Source: Clostridia bacterium
Lineage (GTDB): Bacteria; Bacillota; Clostridia; Christensenellales; CAG-917
Direction: 5' to 3'
Length of the DNA stretch: 64,000 nt
Assembly (NCBI GenBank): GCA_017618055.1
Contig: JAFZVB010000005.1
Span: 3,136-67,135 of the forward strand
Below, one piece after another: positions 39,765 through 48,391 of this stretch (position 1 is its first letter; every line of letters begins with the position of its first letter). The position numbers and the translations under genes are program-made. The notes beneath the pieces are model-generated. The model was not told the origin of the DNA. It did not search any database and saw only the letters and a list, made by a program, of their open reading frames with translations.

Positions 39765-41096
39765 TTATACAAAAACAAATTTATCAATAAAACAATAAAT
39801 TATTAACAATACTATATTTACTATTGTTGCGCCAAATCCAACCGCTGTTGGCATATCCATATCATCTAAGTAGGAAGAACTTATTGCCATTCCTACAATA
39901 GATGCAGGAGCTAACCAGTAGCATATAATTCTATAATCATTCTTAAGTGTAAATGCCAAAATATAGTTTAGTATCATGACTACTATTAAAATAATCGTTG
40001 TAGTTGTAGATGACTCAAGTGTAAACAAGTCATCCATTTGGTAACATATAAATAATGTACATATTGCTATAACTACAATTAAGCAAAAACTGATAACACA
40101 TTGTTCACCAACATAAGATAAGTTAGTTGGTGCGAATATACCATTAACATACAATGCAAAGAATATTAGAAGTATTATATTGCATATAAAAGTTATAATT
40201 GTAACAGCAATATATGTATCAACACACTCATACATTCCATAGAAGAAAAATGCTACTAAAGCAACAAATATATATGAAAACATCCAATAACAAATTGTGC
40301 TATATTTGTCTTTCAATATAAATGCTAGTGTGAAATTGAGCATTGCAATAACTGCAACATCAATAGGATATGATTCTCCTTCATCATCTGCGTTATAGCA
40401 TAATGCAAATATTCCACCAAGTAATATAAGTCCACCAATGCTACCAATAATATGTTGCCATTGATACCATTGTATACGCTTTCCAAATACTGCTAGAAGA
40501 ACAACTGCTACAATTACTACTGCGATTCCAATAATCCATGGCATTATAGTGAACGAATCTACACTACTTGTACTTGGACTACTAGAAGTCTGTGTTGTTT
40601 GAGTTACAGTTGTTGTATTATTTGTAGGTGCACTTGCCTGTGCAGGTGCTTGTTGTGCTACTGGATTTGTAGGCGCACTAGCCTTTTCATGCGTTTGCTG
40701 TACTACCGGCTTTGGTGTTGCTTTCTTATGCTCTGGTGGTTTCTTAACTTGTTGTGGTTTAGCTTTGACTTTATTCCCCGGATAATAACATCTGCCTTCA
40801 CATTGAATTATCTCTAATACAATATTAACTAAGGACATGTACTTCTTATAGTCAACTTTGTCTGATACTTTTTCATATTGGCTTACTATTATGGATGTAT
40901 CGTTATCATTTTCAATAATAGTCTTAAAGAATGAAACTTCCTTATCCATATTAAAGAATAAACTAGCTTTCTTCTTTTCAACAAAACTGTTGCCTATTAA
41001 ATCTGAGACACACCCAAATAGTACCAAAGGATCATATAGTTTGTTCATAGTTCTCTTAGATCTATAAACTTTAGCCAATGCTTCCTTAAATTCCAT
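39765..41096 (-). CDS. Membrane protein: soluble N-domain, P/Q/T-rich linker, ~9 TM helices including a duplicated 4-TM unit
   Basis: Hydrophobicity pattern; LNFTLAFILKDKYSTICYW recurs as LNYILAFTLKNDYRIICYW. Confidence 0.8.
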   Translation of the reverse strand: MEFKEALAKVYRSKRTMNKLYDPLVLFGCVSDLIGNSFVEKKKASLFFNMDKEVSFFKTIIENDNDTSIIVSQYEKVSDKVDYKKYMSLVNIVLEIIQCEGRCYYPGNKVKAKPQQVKKPPEHKKATPKPVVQQTHEKASAPTNPVAQQAPAQASAPTNNTTTVTQTTQTSSSPSTSSVDSFTIMPWIIGIAVVIVAVVLLAVFGKRIQWYQWQHIIGSIGGLILLGGIFALCYNADDEGESYPIDVAVIAMLNFTLAFILKDKYSTICYWMFSYIFVALVAFFFYGMYECVDTYIAVTIITFICNIILLIFFALYVNGIFAPTNLSYVGEQCVISFCLIVVIAICTLFICYQMDDLFTLESSTTTTIILIVVMILNYILAFTLKNDYRIICYWLAPASIVGMAISSSYLDDMDMPTAVGFGATIVNIVLLIIYCFIDKFVFV

Positions 41097-41105
41097 CAGA
41101 CACTC

Positions 41106-41906
41106 CTATTTATCAATAGATAATATCCCCAAAGAAACATCATCACCGATGCCTAATGTTAACCCAAGATCCGTTATAAACTGATCTATCTTCTCTCGGT
41201 TACCTTCCTTGAATAATTTGAGTACAGGGAAAATAAAACTCTTAGAAAAGTTATCTAGGTTCTGATATGGGTTCACAACACCATCTGTGCAAAGGAAGAT
41301 TGTACTAAAGTCACTTAAATCATAGATTTCCGCATTCAAATGTTTAAACGCATCTTCCTGGCACATCGAATAAGTGATATTAGCAACGGTTTCTTCGTCA
41401 TCTTCAAATAAGATTGGTGTTACATTGCCTCTCTTGATGCCGAACAATCCACCATCTCCTAAAGAGACACATAAGATTCTATTCCCTAATACCATTACGG
41501 CATTTAGTGTTGTACCATATGCTATTGTTGGATTAACTTTTAATCTAAATTGCTTGTCTTCATTGAGATGTGCAACTTCCTTAATTGATATAGGATGCTT
41601 GGATAAATCCTGTTCAACGAGCTTATTCCATTCGCACATAATCTCCAGTTTGATTCTATTGATGAAATCAGCCTTTTCCACTCTATACAACAATAGGTGG
41701 TGCTTCTCTTTCAATACATTCATAACTGCATCACAAGCAAACTTGCTTCCTCTGTCGCTTCTAACATAGATCTCCCCACCATGCCCATCGCAAACAGCCA
41801 TTATGGTCCTTTGCTCATCATGGTACACTTCGGAGAAATCTTGGCATACAATATCGTTCTTAACATGAGAGCGTCCTATTGCTGTCTTAACAAAATAATC
41901 AATCAT
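41106..41906 (-). CDS. PP2C-family protein phosphatase (TerY-P type)
   Basis: G.SH......CQD, VCDGHG, GTTL, LGDG, LCTDG, DDVS. Confidence 0.92.
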   Translation of the reverse strand: MIDYFVKTAIGRSHVKNDIVCQDFSEVYHDEQRTIMAVCDGHGGEIYVRSDRGSKFACDAVMNVLKEKHHLLLYRVEKADFINRIKLEIMCEWNKLVEQDLSKHPISIKEVAHLNEDKQFRLKVNPTIAYGTTLNAVMVLGNRILCVSLGDGGLFGIKRGNVTPILFEDDEETVANITYSMCQEDAFKHLNAEIYDLSDFSTIFLCTDGVVNPYQNLDNFSKSFIFPVLKLFKEGNREKIDQFITDLGLTLGIGDDVSLGILSIDK

Positions 41907-41907
41907 A

Positions 41908-42642
41908 TTACCACTCCCAATTATCTACATCATTTAATGATTCTTGTATTTGCATCTTTACATCAGCATGTACAGATTTAACGCTTTCCTTCTTAGCTCT
42001 TATTGCTGTATTTGTAGATTGCACTTTAGAAGTTGTTAAGATTATAATCTTAATGATCTTCTCTAATAGATTAGGATTATAACAAGTGATTACATCACCA
42101 TTAGATCCTACGAAATCTTTTAATACATCAATTGTTCTCTTGTCGTCCAATTCGATAGCTATTCCATATCTAATAGCCACATTGAACCAAGGAAGTTGTC
42201 TAAGAGCATTCATTTCATCCGTCAAAGGCCATCTACCTGGATGCCCATCTGTGAGCAAAAGGATTATTGGTGCGACACCACCGAAGTCTGGCATTATTCC
42301 GCCTTTCTTCTCCTTCTGCAACAAATCCTTAAGCTCAACGTATGCTAGATGTAAATTGGTTTGCCCACCAGCTTTAATTGGCTGGAAATCTAGGTCTTCA
42401 ACGTTCTTCATTCTATCATTGTTGTACAGATGTGCTTCTGTAGAAAATGTGATGATTGTAACATAGAAATCAACATTGGCATTTTCATTTTGCATATCTA
42501 TCAATTTATTCTTGATATCAGAAATAGCGTTGTTGACCTGTTGTATCCTATTGCCACCCATACTTTTGGATGTGTCCACAATTAGGATGACATTAAGACG
42601 TTGTTTGGCAATTCTATCTGTGTTCATTTTATCAGTATTCAT
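41908..42642 (-). CDS. vWA-domain protein, TerY-like (copy 2)
   Basis: MIDAS DTSKS, GGQT, LLTDG. Start reassigned to ATG 42642 (GGAG RBS, 1 bp after the upstream stop). Confidence 0.9.
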   Translation of the reverse strand: MNTDKMNTDRIAKQRLNVILIVDTSKSMGGNRIQQVNNAISDIKNKLIDMQNENANVDFYVTIITFSTEAHLYNNDRMKNVEDLDFQPIKAGGQTNLHLAYVELKDLLQKEKKGGIMPDFGGVAPIILLLTDGHPGRWPLTDEMNALRQLPWFNVAIRYGIAIELDDKRTIDVLKDFVGSNGDVITCYNPNLLEKIIKIIILTTSKVQSTNTAIRAKKESVKSVHADVKMQIQESLNDVDNWEW

Positions 42643-42643
42643 A

Positions 42644-43378
42644 TTACCACTCCACGTCTTCAACTTGTTGTAACTCTTCTGCAATTTGATTTTGAGCAAC
42701 AACATTGTTATCAGCAACTGCAGTTCCACCTTGTCCATTAGACCTTGTGGAATTAGACTTAACTTTTGAAGAAGTTACAGCAATAATCTTAATGACCTTA
42801 CGAAGTGCTTCTGCTGTATAGACCTTCAATACTGTCTCTGGCGTTCCTGTGAACTTGGTCAATACATCCATTGCTTCTGATGTATCAATACCGATTGCTA
42901 ATGCATACTTAAGTGCGCACTTGAACCAACCTTTCTTCTTCAATGACTCAAGACGCAATTCCCAATCTGGGCTTGTTGGCATGCCATCTGTCATAAGGAT
43001 AATGATTGGAGCAATACCACCTAAATCAGGCATCTTGCCACCACTTGATTGCTTGCTGAGGAACTTTGCTAACTTGGAATATGCTTCAGAAAGATTTGTA
43101 CCACCATCAGCATATAAATCTGTCCATTTAAAGTCCTCAACTGTCTTTGGCTCAGAATAAATCCATTCTGCATCATTACTAAACTTAAGTGCAGAAATCT
43201 TAATAAGTGCATCAGATGTATCATCTTGTATATCTGGCATAATGCTCATAACGTCTCTAATTGCATTATTTACAGCACCTAACTTTTCTCCATCCATGGA
43301 ACCTGAGTTATCAATAACGAATAGCAAATTTAATTCTTGGCGAGCTATTCCTTCGCCGATCATTCTATCATTGTTCAT
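42644..43378 (-). CDS. vWA-domain protein, TerY-like (copy 1)
   Basis: MIDAS DNSGS, GGTN, LMTDG.P; clear paralog of the downstream vWA (both end V..xEW). Confidence 0.92.
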   Translation of the reverse strand: MNNDRMIGEGIARQELNLLFVIDNSGSMDGEKLGAVNNAIRDVMSIMPDIQDDTSDALIKISALKFSNDAEWIYSEPKTVEDFKWTDLYADGGTNLSEAYSKLAKFLSKQSSGGKMPDLGGIAPIIILMTDGMPTSPDWELRLESLKKKGWFKCALKYALAIGIDTSEAMDVLTKFTGTPETVLKVYTAEALRKVIKIIAVTSSKVKSNSTRSNGQGGTAVADNNVVAQNQIAEELQQVEDVEW

Positions 43379-44663
43379 AAATTACTCCTATTGTCTCATC
43401 ACTAAATTTAACCTTTAGATCTTTGACTATTGGTATTACACCATTTGCTTGAATTGTTTTTTCTACGCCTTTGGAATCCTTAACTAAAATATCATGATTT
43501 AAGCTAACTTTAATTCCCCAGAGCGAAGGATTGTTCTTGTTTGCTATCACTACACCTACTTCTGTCAAATAATCCGAAGAATATTTGTCGATATGGTGTT
43601 TATATATCTTCTTGCCTAATTCTAGGACGATATATGACTTTCCTATTACTAGAACGGATAATTTCTTTGAATTAGCTCCACAATATGGACAAACTAGATT
43701 TGGCTTGTTCTCTGCTAATCCCTTAATATATTCAACGCCACACTTTGGACAGGATATTAACTCGTCTCTGTATCTGCATAGCTGTTTAATCCATTCTATC
43801 TCTGTTGTTCTTCCATTCTCTCTATCTTGAAGACCATCTACAAATGTACGATGGAATGCTTCCTTGATATAGGTTGGTAATGTTGGCCAGCGTTTCAATA
43901 CACTTGCGTGATATCCTCTAACAGGTCTGTTTGACTTATCTGTTTTGTGGTAAACAAAAAGTGGCTTTGTTCCATATAGTTCGAGCTCAGCCTTTTCATC
44001 TATGATGTTGTAGTTCTTAAGTCTCTCACCTTCAAATGGATTACCTAAACATAAAGTCATAAATAGTATTACTGCTAATGAGAATCTATCTGAATGTGTA
44101 TCTGGTAATGCATCGCCTCTTACAATTTCTGGAGCCATATACTTGATCTTACCAAGTACACCGAGATTCTTCTGATTTGCAGTAACATTATCGTTATCAC
44201 AGATAAGTAACTCCCCGGTATCTCCATCAAAGAAGAAGCTGCCATCATTTAAGTCTTGATATGAATATCCCATTTCATGCAACTTCTTGAATGAAGTACA
44301 AAGTTCTATACACCACTTAATCATAGTTTTTCTATCCTTGAATCCATCCTTTCCATTAAGGTAGGAAACAAATGAACTATAATTGTTTGGACGTAAATCC
44401 ATAAGATATCCAAAATTACCATCTTCTAATTCTACTAACTTCTTAGGCCATAAGAAGTTGTCTGATGGGCTACCCTTTTCAATGTTGCTTCTGAGATTAT
44501 TCTTGAAATCATCATATTGTATGTCCTTATATATCTTAAGAGCATATTTATTATGATCATAATCTACAAGATAAACCTCGCCTTGTCCGCCATCGCCAAG
44601 TAAGTCTAATACTTTCATAGTACTTCCATTGGACTTAATAATTTCATTTTTACTGAATTTCAT
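43368..44663 (-). CDS. Ser/Thr protein kinase with Zn ribbon (TerY-P type)
   Basis: LGDGGQGEVY, ALKIY, YQDLNDGS, CDNDN in place of DFG, YMAPE, DRFSLAV, CPKC..CPYC; start is ATG 44663 or GTG 44669. Confidence 0.92.
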   Translation of the reverse strand: MKFSKNEIIKSNGSTMKVLDLLGDGGQGEVYLVDYDHNKYALKIYKDIQYDDFKNNLRSNIEKGSPSDNFLWPKKLVELEDGNFGYLMDLRPNNYSSFVSYLNGKDGFKDRKTMIKWCIELCTSFKKLHEMGYSYQDLNDGSFFFDGDTGELLICDNDNVTANQKNLGVLGKIKYMAPEIVRGDALPDTHSDRFSLAVILFMTLCLGNPFEGERLKNYNIIDEKAELELYGTKPLFVYHKTDKSNRPVRGYHASVLKRWPTLPTYIKEAFHRTFVDGLQDRENGRTTEIEWIKQLCRYRDELISCPKCGVEYIKGLAENKPNLVCPYCGANSKKLSVLVIGKSYIVLELGKKIYKHHIDKYSSDYLTEVGVVIANKNNPSLWGIKVSLNHDILVKDSKGVEKTIQANGVIPIVKDLKVKFSDETIGVIYEQ

Positions 44664-44777
44664 TTTCACCTCATAAAAGATTTGTTTTGATGTTGCTTGT
44701 TAACCATACTAGATTTGATTAACGTTTGCCTATTTGTTGGTTGGCTACCTCCCTCATCACCTATATCATAAGCCTTA

Positions 44778-44798
44778 TTGTTACATTATTCGTGTATG
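44778..44798 (-). promoter_or_regulatory. Conserved 21-bp motif, copy 1
   Basis: TTGTTACATTATTCGTGTATG (+ strand); on the minus strand followed by 7 nt then TATGAT. Confidence 0.6.
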
Positions 44799-44888
44799 GT
44801 TATTAACTTTTTACAATAATTTTTTTGATTTAATGATATGCCGATTTGCTGGTTGGTTACCCACTCATCACCTATATCATAAACCAAA

Positions 44889-44909
44889 TTGTTACACTAT
44901 TCGTGTATG
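44889..44909 (-). promoter_or_regulatory. Conserved 21-bp motif, copy 2
   Basis: TTGTTACACTATTCGTGTATG, containing the palindrome TACAC-N5-GTGTA; 7 nt then TATGAT on the minus strand. Confidence 0.6.
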
Positions 44910-44913
44910 GTTG

Positions 44914-45468
44914 TTAACTTTTTACAATTTTTCTATTGCCAGTCTTAGCATTATAAATGCTAATAGGGAAAAACTTCCTTCCAGTCTCTCTCTCAAGACC
45001 CCTGAAAATGTTTCTGAATCTAGTAATTGGATCCTCTTGTCCCATAGTTACTTTCTTTAAGGCAAAATATGGTTCCCCATTATGAGACCAAGAACTATCA
45101 ACATGGGTAACTTCTCCATTTGAGCCTATCTCATAGATTTCGTTGTCATAACAAACAACAGCATAGAAATTGGCTTCTTGATTGTTAACCAATTGCCCAT
45201 ATTCAGAAGACTTATCCATAATATATGGAACAAGGAAATTCAATACTGTGTCATAATTCATATGCTTTGAAGTGACTTCTGGATCATACTTCATAAACTG
45301 AGTAATCATCGTTTGACTGCTGAAACAAATCAAAGACTTAGTTCCTTTGTCCCCGATACATATTGGAAGATTCTCCTCCAATAAAGCTTCTCCCTCTGTC
45401 ATAGATAGTTCACTACCAGAAGATATTGCTAAATAAACTGTGTCTTTACCTTTTAATGCTATATACAT
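44914..45468 (-). CDS. Proteasome-beta/HslV-like paralog 4 (degenerate, no Thr1)
   Basis: MYIALKGKDTVYLAIS, ENLP, VVCYDNEIYEI...EV, DP..R, FPISI; aligns by eye with the three upstream paralogs. Confidence 0.6.
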   Translation of the reverse strand: MYIALKGKDTVYLAISSGSELSMTEGEALLEENLPICIGDKGTKSLICFSSQTMITQFMKYDPEVTSKHMNYDTVLNFLVPYIMDKSSEYGQLVNNQEANFYAVVCYDNEIYEIGSNGEVTHVDSSWSHNGEPYFALKKVTMGQEDPITRFRNIFRGLERETGRKFFPISIYNAKTGNRKIVKS

Positions 45469-45471
45469 AGG

Positions 45472-46056
45472 CTAATCCTCCACTATATTGAAATGTAAAT
45501 CCTTTGTGTTCACTGTTATAAATGGCGCTTGAATATCATCAGTATTGCCACATGCATTCCTAAAACAATCTACAAGCTGTTCTTCAATGTCCTTATGTCT
45601 ATCTATCTCATGCAAATAAACCCTACTGAAGACCTTGAACTTGCCCATTGCAAAATACTGAAGTGATAATTCTACTTCATAATCACCATATATCTTAAAC
45701 GCCTTGTCCTTGTATGCTATGATTATGTTGCCAGCAAAACCCATTAGACCATCGTCACTTGAAGTCTCAACATCTGCATCATGGAATAAATCATGAATCT
45801 CTGGAATCAACACGCCAGTAACATAACTCATTGTTAAGTCTTTGTTTCTGTCTAACTTGAAAATACGAGAGTGTGAGAACAAGACTTGTCTTGCTGTACG
45901 ATCACCAATAAATCCGATTACTATACCATTCTTGAGTATCTTGAATGGATAGTTCTCTACTGTACGTTCTACTCTACGTATTCCATTAACATACGATGCA
46001 GTACTTGATGCTAAACTAACCTTGCCATCACTAATATAACCTATTATTGTATTCAT
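45472..46056 (-). CDS. Proteasome-beta/HslV-like paralog 3 (Asn at the Thr1 position)
   Basis: MNTIIGYISDGKVSLASS, ENYP.KILKNGIVIGFIG, IIIAYKDKAFKI, YFAMG, IQAPFITVNT. Confidence 0.68.
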   Translation of the reverse strand: MNTIIGYISDGKVSLASSTASYVNGIRRVERTVENYPFKILKNGIVIGFIGDRTARQVLFSHSRIFKLDRNKDLTMSYVTGVLIPEIHDLFHDADVETSSDDGLMGFAGNIIIAYKDKAFKIYGDYEVELSLQYFAMGKFKVFSRVYLHEIDRHKDIEEQLVDCFRNACGNTDDIQAPFITVNTKDLHFNIVED

Positions 46057-46068
46057 ATAGTTATCTCC

Positions 46069-46632
46069 TTATATAATAAGATCCGGTGCACTTGCTTTGG
46101 TATCTATTGTTGCTACTGGATAAGTCATATCGTTGTAATATGATGCATAACCCTCAAATGTATCAACGATCCTATCCTTTCCAGATAAATGCTTATTCTG
46201 AAGTAAGATTCCTGTGATGAATTCGTCTCTCAAATCTAGAACTGCGAAATTCTCGGCATCCTCAACATAGAAATCCCTATCTATCTTCCATATATTCTTG
46301 TCGTCTGCAATAATGATTCCCTCCATCCATAAATCACGCTCAAGTACACCCTCGTTAGATAGCTTATCCTTAACATAAGGAACAACTGTCTTAACAAGAT
46401 AATTGTGTGTAATCTTATGACCATTCATCATATGGAAGAATGCCTCATCTGTTAATAACACATCCGTAGATCTACAAGTTACTGGTGCTACTACTAATAC
46501 GTGACTATCCTCACACATCATAAGAGGTAGATTCTCTATATTCATTAAATACTCACGTTGATTTGTTGCTTCCAAAACCCAGTCACTCAAACCAATTGTT
46601 ACTCTATCTTTGTCCTTAAACGCTACTACCAT
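46069..46632 (-). CDS. Proteasome-beta/HslV-like paralog 2 (degenerate, no Thr1)
   Basis: MVVAFKDKDRVTIGLSD, ENLP, IIIADDKNIWKI..DFYV, FAV, YPVATIDT. Confidence 0.62.
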   Translation of the reverse strand: MVVAFKDKDRVTIGLSDWVLEATNQREYLMNIENLPLMMCEDSHVLVVAPVTCRSTDVLLTDEAFFHMMNGHKITHNYLVKTVVPYVKDKLSNEGVLERDLWMEGIIIADDKNIWKIDRDFYVEDAENFAVLDLRDEFITGILLQNKHLSGKDRIVDTFEGYASYYNDMTYPVATIDTKASAPDLII

Positions 46633-46634
46633 AC

Positions 46635-47192
46635 TTATCTTACCTCCTTGAAAGCCTTGTCTATGGTGTTAATAACTACATATGGTCCACCAACACCAGA
46701 ACAATTCTTGCTTGCAAACTTGCAAGCATTAATGATCCTATTCTCAGGATCGCCATCTTGCTTAGCCATGCTAGAATAAGCCATATTCTTACCACACCCA
46801 ATTGCGGCATACTCATTAACGCTATATACATTCCAATCTTGTGTCATCATATATAACTTGTCATCCTTAGCTAATAAAACCGAAACTGAAGAATCCCCCT
46901 TATTCAGTAAATCATGACTCTTCTGAAGTTCCTTAAGACGTGGGACAAACTCTCTAGCAATACTTGCTCTTGTAAAGCTTTCCTCTGCAAAACTGAAAAT
47001 ATCTTTGTCAGCCAAAACGAATGATTTAACACTAGCAAGTCCCGACATTGCGAATATCACTCCGTTTGGCATAAGATTAATCTTGCCATACTCATTTGGT
47101 TGATATGAGTCTGTGTATGTTCTTGTAGATACACATGTGTCTGCACATATAGTAACCATTCCATCATGTTTGATTCCTAAAACTACTGTCAT
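46635..47192 (-). CDS. Proteasome-beta/HslV-like Ntn threonine peptidase (apparently catalytic)
   Basis: Start reassigned to ATG 47192 (GGAGGA RBS), giving M-T1VVLGIK..G.VTICAD17T..GKI..GVIFAMSG..YAAIGCG..A..GVGGP. Confidence 0.82.
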   Translation of the reverse strand: MTVVLGIKHDGMVTICADTCVSTRTYTDSYQPNEYGKINLMPNGVIFAMSGLASVKSFVLADKDIFSFAEESFTRASIAREFVPRLKELQKSHDLLNKGDSSVSVLLAKDDKLYMMTQDWNVYSVNEYAAIGCGKNMAYSSMAKQDGDPENRIINACKFASKNCSGVGGPYVVINTIDKAFKEVR

Positions 47193-47211
47193 ATAGTAAT
47201 CCTCCGAAATA

Positions 47212-48354
47212 TTATGCTGCGTTACTCTTAATGCCATTGGCATTAATGTATTGCAACATGTTATCTAAGTCATCCTTCTGAACTGAAGAATGTGTTGCTT
47301 GGGTTGCTAACTCTAGATCTTGGATAGTAAGTTTTGTAGGTTTACCACTTTCAATCTCACGTTCGATTGCATAAACCTTAGCGAGCTCACATAACTCAAA
47401 TACATCCGCGCCATTATATCCTTCTGTTCTCTTGACGATTTCATCAATCATTATGCCAGACTCTTGTGGAACTTCTGCCAATGCTTGTTCAATAATCTGT
47501 CGTCTATCAGACTCATTAGGCAAGTTAACGTAAATCTTGCTTCCAAACCTTCCACTTCTCAAGAAAGCTGAATCAATATCCCATGGTCGGTTGGTTGCTG
47601 CTATAACTACAATATTGCTTTCCTTATGTTCCTCTAATCCCTGCATTTGTTGAAGCAACTCTGGGACAATACGATTCATTGCATTGTCTATAGTTCCGGA
47701 TCTCTTGGCACCTAAAGCCTCAAACTCATCAAAGAAGATGATTGCCCTTTGGTTCCTTCTAGCTTCAGCAAAATACTGCTTAACATTACTCTCGGATTCA
47801 CCCAACCACTTGGATAAAAGAGAGGAACAACTAATTGGTATAAACTTAGCATTGCAATCCCTTGCTATGGCTCTTGCAATCATTGTCTTACCTGTTCCAG
47901 GTAAACCATACAATAATATGCCACCACCAAATGCTTTCTTGAACTTTCTGTACTTACCAGGATATCTGATAGGATAGACAATCTTACGTTTGATTTCTAA
48001 CTTGACATCATCTAATCCTGCTACCTTGTCTATCTCATGTGTTGCCTTTGTTGGTTTGCATGGCTTAATATTGACACTGACACCCATAATGTCATCCTCA
48101 ATATGATTCATGTAGTCGTTATCTAAAACACTGGATACAGAACAACTCTTCTCAAGTAGTTGCTTTGCTTTGTTCACATACACTGCTTCCATCTGACTAT
48201 CTGACTTGGAACCGATACGTATCAACATGTCTGCTGCACATATCATAGATCGTCTTCCTTCATCGATTCTGTCATTGTTAAAGCAATACACTGCATGGCG
48301 GTAGAACTTAAGATAGTTCTCTTGTTGTACACTAATGTTACTTTCTTGTGGCAT
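47212..48354 (-). CDS. AAA+ ATPase, Vps4/CdvC-like, with N-terminal MIT-like helical domain
   Basis: VAGL..VK, Walker A GLPGTGKT, pore loop SKWLGESE, Walker B IFFDEFE, ATNRPWDIDSAFLR.GRF, C-term SSV...L; N-term three-helix pattern. Confidence 0.9.
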   Translation of the reverse strand: MPQESNISVQQENYLKFYRHAVYCFNNDRIDEGRRSMICAADMLIRIGSKSDSQMEAVYVNKAKQLLEKSCSVSSVLDNDYMNHIEDDIMGVSVNIKPCKPTKATHEIDKVAGLDDVKLEIKRKIVYPIRYPGKYRKFKKAFGGGILLYGLPGTGKTMIARAIARDCNAKFIPISCSSLLSKWLGESESNVKQYFAEARRNQRAIIFFDEFEALGAKRSGTIDNAMNRIVPELLQQMQGLEEHKESNIVVIAATNRPWDIDSAFLRSGRFGSKIYVNLPNESDRRQIIEQALAEVPQESGIMIDEIVKRTEGYNGADVFELCELAKVYAIEREIESGKPTKLTIQDLELATQATHSSVQKDDLDNMLQYINANGIKSNAA

Positions 48355-48391
48355 ATAGCCTCCTTCTAAATAAAATATCGTTAATAAGTGA

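Larger units (their letters stand above)
44727..44928. repeat. Imperfect ~90-bp direct repeat, period 111-112 bp
   Basis: 44727-44817 vs 44839-44928: tgcc.atttg.tggttgg.tacc..ctcatcacctatatcataa.c...attgttaca.tattcgtgtatggtt.ttaactttttacaat. Confidence 0.95.

Noticed and set aside
41908-43378. Tellurite-resistance ter operon, or Rpn10-like proteasome receptors
   Set aside because: No terA-E/Z genes; the vWAs sit with PP2C and a kinase (TerY-P context) and lack UIM-like tails
44727-44928. Possible mini-CRISPR, or the 108-aa plus-strand ORF 44734-45060
   Set aside because: Only two long imperfect copies; the ORF is just the translation of the duplicated regulatory DNA and runs antisense into a real gene
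44914-47192. Canonical HslUV, Anbu or Pup-proteasome locus
   Set aside because: The AAA is not HslU- or ARC-like by its motifs; no pafA/dop/pup and no ATP-grasp/transglutaminase/alpha-E genes are present
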